Of a stretch of 64,000 nt of DNA, positions 51,198 to 60,187 are shown piece by piece. Origin of the DNA: Bacteroidota bacterium (lineage in GTDB: Bacteria > Bacteroidota > Bacteroidia > CAILMK01 > JACPUW01); assembly GCA_016192035.1 (NCBI GenBank), contig JACPUW010000030.1:6322-70321 (forward strand), given 5' to 3'. The number at the start of each line of letters is the position of its first letter. Within the stretch, counting starts at the first letter, position 1. The notes under the pieces were generated by a model. That model saw only the letters and a program-made list of their open reading frames with translations, was not told the origin of the DNA and searched no databases. A program made the translations under genes and the position numbers.

Positions 51198-52118
51198 CTA
51201 AAAGGCAAAGGCGGCCTTGAAATCTTGCAATTCTTCAAGAAAGGAGCGGTCAGGAAGGGGTACTTGCTGCCATATGCGGGCGGGGGTTTTCACGCTTACC
51301 CTGGGCATGGGCACATTGGGGTTTATGCTGAGCACTTCGAGTGCTTGGTACAAATGTTTGATATATGCCACGATTTGATTGACAGAGTAGTTGTGCTCCA
51401 GCACGTTATACACCCCTGGGAGCACCAGTCCGGCCAAGCAATGGCAGGTAGCCCAGGCCAGCTTGTCCACATGGATGAAAGGCCTTTGCTGGCTTCCGTC
51501 ACCGTTCAGGGTTATTCGGCCATTGAAGTGAGCATTAAACATGTACTTATTTATCACGGCATCTATGCGCAGTGAGGGGTTGAACCCATATACGTTGCCT
51601 GCCCGCAGGATATACAAATCGCACTGATTGCCAATAAGATTGATCTGTTTTTCTGCATCGCGTTTAGAAATTCCGTAAAAAGAAAAAGGCGATGGAATAT
51701 GGTCTTCGTCCACCGGCGTATCTGAGCGGCCATAGATGCTGGCGCTGCTCATGTGGACTACCCGGCGAACTGCGCTGCCCTGGATGCAGTTGGCCAAGAT
51801 GGCGGTGCCCCAATGGTTAATTTGGTCGTAAAAATGGCTTTCGTGGTCGGCAAACGGGGTGGTTACCTTGGCGGCCAGGTGCACTACCGTATCAATACCT
51901 TCCAGGGCTTTCATGAGGCTGCGCTCGTCAAGCAGATCGGCTTCAATAAACCGGCACGGTATGGGGCCCAATTTCTGCCAATAAAAAAAGGCATAGCTCT
52001 TACGGGAAAGATTGTCATACACCACTATTTCTTCCAGGTCGGCAGGCTGCTTGCGCTGCAATTCCTGAATCAGTGAGTGGCCTAGGTACCCGGCGCCACC
52101 AGTTATCAAAATCCGCAT
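51198..52118 (-). CDS. NAD-dependent epimerase/dehydratase (extended SDR)
   Basis: TGGAGYLG, HLAA, SSASIYG, YGISK, RPFIHV. Confidence 0.9.
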   Translation of the reverse strand: MRILITGGAGYLGHSLIQELQRKQPADLEEIVVYDNLSRKSYAFFYWQKLGPIPCRFIEADLLDERSLMKALEGIDTVVHLAAKVTTPFADHESHFYDQINHWGTAILANCIQGSAVRRVVHMSSASIYGRSDTPVDEDHIPSPFSFYGISKRDAEKQINLIGNQCDLYILRAGNVYGFNPSLRIDAVINKYMFNAHFNGRITLNGDGSQQRPFIHVDKLAWATCHCLAGLVLPGVYNVLEHNYSVNQIVAYIKHLYQALEVLSINPNVPMPRVSVKTPARIWQQVPLPDRSFLEELQDFKAAFAF

Positions 52119-52121
52119 GTG

Positions 52122-52805
52122 TTATGCTTGTTTTACAATGAGATCGGTATGTAAACCGCATTCGGTTTTTTTGAGCCCTGCCCATCGGCCTTCCCTATTG
52201 CCGCCAAATATGCCGCTGGGTTTCTGGGTACAGGGCATGCATCCCACGCTATGGTATCCCTGCATTTCAAGTGGGTGGGGGGGAATTGACTCTGTTAGGA
52301 GGTAATGGTCTATCATGTCTTGAGACCAATAGAGCATGGGGTGGAAGCGGAGTATGCCAAACTTGCCCCGCTCTTCGAGTTTCATGGAGCGGCGGTTTTC
52401 GTTTTGGTCACGGCGCACCCCTGTTATCCACACGTCATGGCTGGCCAGAATGGGCTCCATGGGCAAGGTTTTGTTCATATGGCAGCAGTGGTCGGGCTGT
52501 GCGGCCCACATTAGGTGGCCGTTGGGGGCTATTTGGTGTGATTTGGCTATGGGCGATACAAGGTCTATGACCCGCAACCCGTACAGTGAGGCTATTTGGT
52601 TCTTGTAGGCTATGGTTTCAGGGAAATGGAAGCCCGTATTGAGGAAATAGACAGGAATAGAAGGGGTTATTTGGCCCAAGATGTGGAGCATGGGAATGCT
52701 GTGCCACTGAAAGGACGAAGAAGCCATGATGCGAAGGCCCTGGTTTCCGTACCCTGTTACGTGTTGATTAAATCGCTCTATCTCTGTTTGTATGCGGTTT
52801 TGCAT
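52122..52805 (-). CDS. cysH: (Phospho)adenylyl-sulfate reductase, Fe-S (APS reductase) type
   Basis: NTGFHFPET, HCC, TGVRRDQ, SVGCMPCT, ECGLH. Confidence 0.9.
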   Translation of the reverse strand: MQNRIQTEIERFNQHVTGYGNQGLRIMASSSFQWHSIPMLHILGQITPSIPVYFLNTGFHFPETIAYKNQIASLYGLRVIDLVSPIAKSHQIAPNGHLMWAAQPDHCCHMNKTLPMEPILASHDVWITGVRRDQNENRRSMKLEERGKFGILRFHPMLYWSQDMIDHYLLTESIPPHPLEMQGYHSVGCMPCTQKPSGIFGGNREGRWAGLKKTECGLHTDLIVKQA

Positions 52806-52823
52806 GGGTCTATAAAGAGGGCA

Positions 52824-52831
52824 CAAAGCTA
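52824..52831 (-). promoter_or_regulatory. Bacteroidota -7 promoter element of cysH
   Basis: TAGCTTTG, exact TAnnTTTG match 18 nt upstream of the ATG. Confidence 0.7.
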
Positions 52832-53249
52832 GTGGGCAGGCGGGGGAAGGGGAGGGCGTATGCGGGCGATACAGGTGCCGAAAAAAGGAGGAAAGTCACT
52901 TGGACTAACAGGCTAATGGGTTTCAATGGTGTTCATCAAACTTAGCACGCATGGCCATGTATCATTAACCTCCTATGTTTTTAAAAGCTTCAATGTTGAG
53001 ACTACTCCGAAAAGTCCACGCCATACGCAAGTCATAGAATGTTAACAACATGTGTTCCGCGTGGAGCATTTTAAGGGCTCACTTGACTACTATAGCCCCA
53101 CCAGGTCAAACGCGAATATTGTTTCTTATCATGAATGGCACTTGTCATCTAACACAATATTACACATCACCAAACCCACGAGAAGTCAAAAGAAAGGGGA
53201 TGTGCTTGGACCAAAGGCTTTCTACTACTTTTACTGCCCACAAAATCCA

Positions 53250-53708
53250 ATGAACACCATGACCCAGTGGACCGTCCTACCTTTTGCAGGTTTAGGGGCC
53301 GAATTGCTATACCAAGTAATGAAGATAAGGCAAAAAGTGTTTGTGGTAGAGCAACAATGCCCATACCTGGATGCCGATGGGCAGGATTTTAAGGCACTCC
53401 ACGTTTTAGGCCGTGAAGGTGAAGCCCTGGTGGCGTACGCACGGTTGTTTGGCCCAAGCCCCAACGCCCCATTTGCCGCAGTGGGCAGGGTACTGGTAGC
53501 CCAGACATACCGTGGGCAAAAGCTGGCTTACCGGCTCATGGAAGTTTGTCATGGCGAAATCCGCGATCGCTGGGGGAATATCCCGGTACGTCTATCAGCC
53601 CAGCAATACCTCATGGGCTTTTACAAAAAACTGGGATATGAGCCCATTGGCAATGGGTACCTGGAAGACAACATTCCCCACTGGGGCATGGAGCGGGTGT
53701 GGGTATGA
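53250..53708 (+). CDS. ElaA-like GNAT acetyltransferase
   Basis: VFVVEQQCPYLDADG, GRV, SAQQYL..FY, YLEDNIPH. Confidence 0.9.
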   Translation: MNTMTQWTVLPFAGLGAELLYQVMKIRQKVFVVEQQCPYLDADGQDFKALHVLGREGEALVAYARLFGPSPNAPFAAVGRVLVAQTYRGQKLAYRLMEVCHGEIRDRWGNIPVRLSAQQYLMGFYKKLGYEPIGNGYLEDNIPHWGMERVWV

Positions 53709-54040
53709 TTTGGCCAGAAGGCAGCACGCCGACCTGGCGGTAGCCCCAGGCATTCACTAGCATGGCCCTTTGTACTAGTGAAATCCCTAGCAAGATTGGC
53801 GCAACTGGTTTTGCCCAGGGGTTTGAGGTGCCACCGGGTTTTTAATTTGTGGTGTTTGCACCCGTGGCCCTGGGCAGCATGCTGATCTAAGGGTTCAAAA
53901 ACACGGTGCTCCGCCCTGGGCAAATTAGGTTTGCTAACCTCATTATGGTGCTTTTATTGCGTGTCGCCTTTTGCTTAAATGCCTGTAAATTAAGTGTTTT
54001 TGTCTTAAGGCTCCTCCGAATAGTTCAACGCAAATCTCAT

Positions 54041-54334
54041 TCAAGTGGGATTACAGTGCCCACACCTCCGCATATCCATAGTATAGTCATGATGATGGTT
54101 GGTCATCCATTTTTCTAGGTCCTTTATGTTCATTGCACAAACCTTTATATACGTATTGGATGTAAACTTCCCATCTGCACCAGAAGTGTTTGATATAGTA
54201 TGGCATTTCGGCCTATGAAGTACGTAATACCTACCCCTTCTGCTTCTAAATAGGTTTAGAACATAACCAGTTGGATTCTTACTAATCCATTCTAAATAGG
54301 GCTGATCGCCATTTTCAAATACAATTGTAGACAT
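54041..54334 (-). CDS. Small hypothetical protein with likely Zn-binding His/Cys residues
   Basis: 97 aa, AT-rich; LHRPKCHTI, YIKVC, CGHCNP. Confidence 0.7.
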   Translation of the reverse strand: MSTIVFENGDQPYLEWISKNPTGYVLNLFRSRRGRYYVLHRPKCHTISNTSGADGKFTSNTYIKVCAMNIKDLEKWMTNHHHDYTMDMRRCGHCNPT

Positions 54335-54618
54335 ATTTTAAAATTTAATAAGGATGGATGTATGAAAAATATCCGACATTTCCAAATTTTTTTCCGTTCA
54401 TTCTTTTACCTGTCTACCCGGCAACGTTACTTTGGCCCTAATACTGCAAAAATTGAGTATAGAAGTGCTTATACCATAACCCATTAGCTCATACCTAACT
54501 ATTTCATTGATAATGCATCTTTCAGATTCAGATGAAAAATTTAATGAGCATCTCTTGTTTCAATCTTTAGAGGGATTCAATGATAGGATCGAGCTTATTT
54601 CGGATCAGATGACCATAA

Positions 54619-55563
54619 TTAATACCCCTTAAGGTATTGGTACAGTTCACTGTCCGTGCTTATCACCACCGTTGATTTCTCGTTGAGCGTGAGCTCCAGG
54701 GTTTCCAGCGATTTTAAGAAACCATACAGTTCCCTGGAAGCCGCCGTTTGGTTATACGCCGCCGCGTAGATATTGGCAGCCTCGGCATCGGCCCGGCCCT
54801 TTATCTCCTCGGCATCCCTAAAGGCTTCTGATTGAATCTTTTTCAGGTCACGCTCCTTCTCACCGTTGATCTTGGAAGCCTCGCCGCTGCCCTCCGAACG
54901 GAATTTTTCCGCTATGCGGATCCGCTCGCTCTTCATGCGCTCAAACACCTGCGCCTGCACCTCATCCACATAGCTTATGCGCTTAAACCTAAAGTCGAGC
55001 ACCACTATGCCCAGGTCTGCCATCTGCTTGTTGGCCGATTCCATGATCATATGTTGCAGCTTGTCACGGCCCACGCTTATCGGCATCAGGGAGTCGCGCT
55101 CATTCATCAGCGCCGAGTCCATCACGGCCACTGCCCGGTTGCTGTTGCGCACCAGTTCCTCTATGTTGTGGTTGGCCACTATGTTGCGCGTCTCCCCATC
55201 AAGTATGTCGTCCAGGCGGCTCTGGGCTCCCCTTTCGTTGGTCAGCCTTTTGTAAAATAGCAGCGGATCGGTAATCTGCCACCGCGCATACGTATCCACA
55301 AAAATGTATTTCTTGTCCTTGGTAGGCACCTGGTTGGGGTCGCCGTCCCACTCCATAAACCGCTTTTCAAAGTAGTTCACCTTCTGCATAAAAGGTATGC
55401 GCAAGTAAAAACCCGGTTCGGTAATGGCATCTCCCACCGGGCGGCCAAACTGCGTGATGATCACCTGGTCTTTTTCTTGCACCAAATATGACGACTGTAC
55501 ACCGGCTATCAGTAAGATACCCAGTCCTATAAGCAGTAGGGTATATTTCAATCTTGGGTTCAT
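54619..55563 (-). CDS. hflC: FtsH modulator HflC
   Basis: ITQFGRPV, TKDKK.IFVD, RMKSER..IAEKFRSEG. Confidence 0.94.
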   Translation of the reverse strand: MNPRLKYTLLLIGLGILLIAGVQSSYLVQEKDQVIITQFGRPVGDAITEPGFYLRIPFMQKVNYFEKRFMEWDGDPNQVPTKDKKYIFVDTYARWQITDPLLFYKRLTNERGAQSRLDDILDGETRNIVANHNIEELVRNSNRAVAVMDSALMNERDSLMPISVGRDKLQHMIMESANKQMADLGIVVLDFRFKRISYVDEVQAQVFERMKSERIRIAEKFRSEGSGEASKINGEKERDLKKIQSEAFRDAEEIKGRADAEAANIYAAAYNQTAASRELYGFLKSLETLELTLNEKSTVVISTDSELYQYLKGY

Positions 55564-55564
55564 G

Positions 55565-56545
55565 TCAGTTGCTTGATTTGTGTTCCATTTGCAGCAGGGG
55601 CAGCACGCTGTTGCCCTCCTCGTCGGTTATTACCACTTGCCCCAGCTTGGGCATTACCTTGGACATGGTTTCCAGGTACAGCCTTTTCTTGGTTACGTCG
55701 GGCGCCTTGAGGTACTCCTTGTACAGGGAGCTAAACCGCGCCACATCACCCTTGGCCAGGTTCACCCGCTCGGTGGCATAGCCATGTGCCTTTTGCAGTA
55801 TCTCTTGTGCCTCCCCGCTGGCCTTGGGTATCACCTTGTTGTACTCAGATCGCGCCTGGTTTATAAGCGTTTCCTTCTCTTGCTGGGCTTGATTTACCAT
55901 ATTGAATGCCGACTTCACCTCATCAGGCGGATTCACGTCTTGGAGCACCACCTGCTCTATTTTAACCCCCATGCCATACTTGGTGCAGAGGTCCTGCAAA
56001 GCCGCTTCCATGGTGCTCTCTATTTCCGTGCGGCCTATGGTCAGTACCTCGTTCACCGACCGGTCGCCCACTATTTGGCGCATGGCCGATTCAGCCATGT
56101 CGCGCAAGGTGCCCTCCACATCGCGGACCTTAAACAAAAATTCATATGCATTTGAAATCCTGTACTGTACCACCCACTCCACATCGGCCAGGTTCAGGTC
56201 GCCGGTCAGCATGAGTGACTCCACGGTGGTAGAGGCATTGCGTATATACGTAGTGTTCACCCCCGGTTCATCTGTCCTAAACCCAAATTCCAATTTCTGC
56301 TGGCGCTCTACCGCCACCTTATACAGGGTCTCCACAAACGGCCACTTCACGTTAAGCCCGGGGTCCTGCGTGCGCACATAGCGGCCAAACCGGGTTATGA
56401 CCCCCACCTCCTCGGCACCAATTTGATATACCGAGCTTAGTATTAGCACCAGCGCGGCCAAGCCCCATACCATGGTGCGCAGGTGCTTCTTAAAAAACGC
56501 CTGGATCTCCTCCGCATCCAAACCTTCACTGTTTCGCTTTGCCAT
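55565..56545 (-). CDS. hflK: FtsH modulator HflK
   Basis: MLTGDLN, VQYRI, NPPDEVKSAF, APDVTKKRLYLETM. Confidence 0.94.
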   Translation of the reverse strand: MAKRNSEGLDAEEIQAFFKKHLRTMVWGLAALVLILSSVYQIGAEEVGVITRFGRYVRTQDPGLNVKWPFVETLYKVAVERQQKLEFGFRTDEPGVNTTYIRNASTTVESLMLTGDLNLADVEWVVQYRISNAYEFLFKVRDVEGTLRDMAESAMRQIVGDRSVNEVLTIGRTEIESTMEAALQDLCTKYGMGVKIEQVVLQDVNPPDEVKSAFNMVNQAQQEKETLINQARSEYNKVIPKASGEAQEILQKAHGYATERVNLAKGDVARFSSLYKEYLKAPDVTKKRLYLETMSKVMPKLGQVVITDEEGNSVLPLLQMEHKSSN

Positions 56546-56701
56546 TTGCTAGGGAGTGTTTTGAAGGGTAAAAGTAAGCCTTTCCCTAATAGCACACCAT
56601 GCCCCCGATTTGGACTTTGCCCCCAGACTCCACAAAAGGTGCTAGGCCTGCACACCCCTTAGGATTGGGCTAATTTCGCCCAATCCTAATGGAATGACCC
56701 C

Positions 56702-58438
56702 ATGCATTTACCCCAAGAAATAACCCGTGAAATACAGCGGTGGCTGGGCAGCGACTACGATGAACATACCCGCCAGCGCGTTCAATCACTCGTGGATGAC
56801 CAGAAAGAAAGCGAGTTGATGGATGCATTTTACACTAAACTCGAATTTGGTACCGGCGGTCTCAGGGGCCTCATGGGCCCTGGCCCCAACCGCATGAACC
56901 AATACACCGTGGGGGTAGCCACCCAGGGATTTGCCAACTATTTGAACAATACCATCAAGGGCCAAGAGATAAAGGTGGTGGTAGCCTGTGATAGCCGCCA
57001 CCAATCCCAGTATTTTGCACAAATCACCGCTCAGGTCTTTGCCGCCAACGGGTGCAGGGTCTATTTGTACCCCGCCCTTAGGCCCACCCCTCAATTGTCG
57101 TTTACCATCAGGTATTTGGCCTGTCACGCAGGGGTCATGATCACCGCCTCGCACAATCCCAAAGAGTACAATGGATATAAGGCGTATTGGTCAGACGGTG
57201 GCCAGCTGCTAAGCCCCCATGACCGTGGCGTAATGGATGAGGTCAACCGTATAGGATCGGTGGCCCAAGTGCGGTTTCAAGGAGGGAGCCAGCGCATAGA
57301 AACCCTGGACGAATCACTGGACCAGGTGTATAGGGATGCCCTGCACCAACTGAGTTTTGACAATGGATTTGTGGCCCGGCAATCAAACATGCCCATAACC
57401 TACTCATCCCTACATGGTACCGGTATTACCCAAGTGCCCCAAACCCTGGCCCGGTGGGGATTTGCCAATGTGCATGTAGTGGATGCCCAGGCAGAGCCAA
57501 ATGGCCAGTTTCCCACCGTGATATACCCCAACCCCGAGGAGGAAGAAGCCATGACCCTCTGCCTGCGCGATGCAGCGGCACATAAAGCAGTCATAGCCAT
57601 GGCCACCGACCCCGACAGCGACAGGGTAGGACTGGGCATAGAAGGGCCCGATGGCAGGTACGCACTGCTCAATGGAAACCAAATAGCCTCATTGCTGGTG
57701 GACTATGTGCTTAAATTGACCCAAGAAAACCAAGCGTTTAAGCCGGGCGACTATGTAGTCCGCACCATAGTCAGCACCCCGCTCATTGACAAGATAGCCC
57801 ATAAATATGGCGTACAGGTGTATCACACCCTTACGGGTTTTAAGTACATAGGCGACCTCATAACCCGCTTGCAGGACAATCAGCGGTTCCTGGTGGGCGG
57901 CGAAGAAAGTTATGGCTATATGGTAGGCAGCCTCACCCGCGACAAGGACGCTGTGGTGAGCTGTGCCTTTCTGGCCGAAATGGCCGCGTATTATCAAGAT
58001 AAAGGCATGTCTATCATGGATGTACTAATTAACCTATACCTAGAGCATGGCTTGTACCGCGAAAAATTGGTGTCAATTACCAAAAAGGGCAAACAGGGAA
58101 CGGAAGAAATAGCCGACATGATGGCCCGCCTGCGGCGGCAGCCTCCCAGTACCCTGGGCGGGGTGGCGGTGGTCCAGGTATGGGACTATCATACATCAAC
58201 CTGGTGGACACCTGAAACCTCACAACAAGGACGTATAGATTTGCCTAAATCAAATGTGCTACAGTTTGTTACCCATGACGGCTGTACTGTGTCGGCCAGG
58301 CCCAGTGGCACAGAACCCAAAATTAAGTTCTACTGCAGTGTGCGCGGCAACCTCACCGACAAGGCTTGCTACCAGGCTACCCTGGCCAAACTGGATGCCA
58401 AGCTCGACGCCATCATGGGCGATTTGCTGGCCGGTTGA
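56702..58438 (+). CDS. Phosphoglucomutase/phosphomannomutase
   Basis: FGTGGLRG, TASHNP, DPDSDR, GEESYG, RPSGTEPKIK. Confidence 0.95.
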   Translation: MHLPQEITREIQRWLGSDYDEHTRQRVQSLVDDQKESELMDAFYTKLEFGTGGLRGLMGPGPNRMNQYTVGVATQGFANYLNNTIKGQEIKVVVACDSRHQSQYFAQITAQVFAANGCRVYLYPALRPTPQLSFTIRYLACHAGVMITASHNPKEYNGYKAYWSDGGQLLSPHDRGVMDEVNRIGSVAQVRFQGGSQRIETLDESLDQVYRDALHQLSFDNGFVARQSNMPITYSSLHGTGITQVPQTLARWGFANVHVVDAQAEPNGQFPTVIYPNPEEEEAMTLCLRDAAAHKAVIAMATDPDSDRVGLGIEGPDGRYALLNGNQIASLLVDYVLKLTQENQAFKPGDYVVRTIVSTPLIDKIAHKYGVQVYHTLTGFKYIGDLITRLQDNQRFLVGGEESYGYMVGSLTRDKDAVVSCAFLAEMAAYYQDKGMSIMDVLINLYLEHGLYREKLVSITKKGKQGTEEIADMMARLRRQPPSTLGGVAVVQVWDYHTSTWWTPETSQQGRIDLPKSNVLQFVTHDGCTVSARPSGTEPKIKFYCSVRGNLTDKACYQATLAKLDAKLDAIMGDLLAG

Positions 58439-58516
58439 CAAACCTATTTGTGGGCCACCGTGCAGCCCTATCACTGGCCGGTGCATTATGGCCGCTGAAC
58501 CAACATGTACTAACCC

Positions 58517-58933
58517 ATGAAATCATTTTCCCTTTTGCTGGCAGCCATTCTCATACTTGGCTCATGCAGCACCACCAATCCCGATTCCAAATGTGGCCGA
58601 TGCACCGACATGGCCTGTACCGAAGAGTTTGCCATGATCATGGTATCGATTAAAGATGCCAATGGCAACCCGGTAATACTCAATGAATACACGGTTTCTT
58701 TTGCCGAAGGCAAAAAAAACAAGACCCAATATGAAGATGCCTATCTTTCAAACCAGGGCTTGTATGCCATAGCTACCGACCTGGACATGGACGACATATT
58801 GTGCGCAGGGACAAAAATTTCCTTTGAATTCAATGTGGATGGCAAAAGCCCACACCGCTACGTCTATACCATAGGCAAAGACTGCTGCCATGTCCATTTC
58901 ATATCGGGCGATTCACTTGAAATCATATTGTAA
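58517..58933 (+). CDS. Cys-rich hypothetical lipoprotein
   Basis: LGSC lipobox, CGRCTDMACTEEF, DCCHV. Confidence 0.75.
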   Translation: MKSFSLLLAAILILGSCSTTNPDSKCGRCTDMACTEEFAMIMVSIKDANGNPVILNEYTVSFAEGKKNKTQYEDAYLSNQGLYAIATDLDMDDILCAGTKISFEFNVDGKSPHRYVYTIGKDCCHVHFISGDSLEIIL

Positions 58934-58984
58934 ACCAGGCTTTTGAGAAACAAAGACTCCTATACAAGCGGGAAAATCTCCTCA

Positions 58985-59410
58985 ATGTCATTGTCTGCCA
59001 TGGCCTTCTTTGTTTTGGCTGCTTGTGATGGACAACGATCAGTAGAACAGGCAAAAAGGGAGGTAATTCTGGCAGAAAGGGCGTTTGAGTCTATGCTGGC
59101 TGCCCAGGGAATGGCAGCGGCTTTTTCACATTTTTCCGACACACAAACAGTGCTCCTGCGCCAAGGCGATAGCCTAATAATGGGACGTGAAGCCATTTGG
59201 GTCTTTTACAGCCAAAACGCCGATCCACGCGCTTCACTCTCTTGGGCACCCCAATTTGTGGATGTGTCAAATGATGGCACCATGGCCTATACCTATGGCC
59301 ATTACCTATACCAGGTACCCGACTCGTCAGGGCAGATAACCAAACATAGGGGCGTGTTTCATTCAGTGTGGAAGCGAAAGGGCGGGGAGTGGAAGCTGGT
59401 ATGGGATTGA
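58985..59410 (+). CDS. SnoaL/NTF2-like (DUF4440) lipoprotein
   Basis: LAAC lipobox, LSWAP..VDVS.DGTMAYTYG, WKLVWD; start uncertain. Confidence 0.8.
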   Translation: MSLSAMAFFVLAACDGQRSVEQAKREVILAERAFESMLAAQGMAAAFSHFSDTQTVLLRQGDSLIMGREAIWVFYSQNADPRASLSWAPQFVDVSNDGTMAYTYGHYLYQVPDSSGQITKHRGVFHSVWKRKGGEWKLVWD

Positions 59411-59652
59411 AGCACTGGCTCTGATAGGGTTAGGCTTTGGATTAGGTTCTTTGAAAATTAACTGTATGAAAATCACTGAAAACGAAGTTGGAGCAGGGGT
59501 ATGCCTATGCGCCAATGACCGCCATGATTGGCTCTTATAGTTTAAATGTTTGTTGTTCAATGGTTTATTCTATTCGTACTTAGTTAAAAAATAAATACTG
59601 TAAGTGGCATGTCAAGTGGCAAGCCATACCCCAATTTTGCGCCGCTTTTTCC

Positions 59653-60075
59653 ATGACCCAAATAACAAAGCCAGCCACGCCTTTCCGCTCCAGGACATTT
59701 TGGGGTGTAGGCCTCTTGGGTTTGGTTTTGTTTTCCCTTCTCTCTAGCGCAAGTACTATCCATGCCATGGGCTATGATGGGCCCAATGAATTGCCGGCCG
59801 TGCTGGATGTGGGCAATGCACTGGGAATGCCCATGGGCTCCTGGCACTGCTTGGAACTGGAAGAGGTGAAGGAAGTAGAAACGGATAGCGAAGAGGATGT
59901 CAAAGAACAGAGGGACTATAGTATAGGTTGCCATGGACAAGAGCGCGGCGTCATTGCAGCGGTCTGGTCAAGCGGTTGGCAGTCAGGCTATGGTGTGCAT
60001 AGTTTTTTAGGACGGGCTCCCAGGCCCTTGTACCTCCTCTTCCGCTGCATAAGGGCACATAGCCTGTTTCCCTAG
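59653..60075 (+). CDS. Hypothetical exported/leader protein upstream of dabAB
   Basis: Signal-like N-terminus, acidic tract ELEEVKEVETDSEED, C-terminal GRAPRPLYLLFRCIR. Confidence 0.6.
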   Translation: MTQITKPATPFRSRTFWGVGLLGLVLFSLLSSASTIHAMGYDGPNELPAVLDVGNALGMPMGSWHCLELEEVKEVETDSEEDVKEQRDYSIGCHGQERGVIAAVWSSGWQSGYGVHSFLGRAPRPLYLLFRCIRAHSLFP

Positions 60076-60187
60076 GCCATTCATGTCCATATGCCGTGCG
60101 GCTTGTTGGCAGCACTGCCCTTGGCCACGCCTTACTCCCATTCCCCGCTTATTGTTTCCATTTCTTTAAGCCTAATTTTTCATTCCC

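Noticed and set aside
53052..53249. 66-codon N-terminal extension of the ElaA-like ORF
   Set aside because: No recognisable domain; ElaA similarity starts at M(N/T)...QW near 53250-53259. It may be a decayed gene remnant, but I cannot support that.
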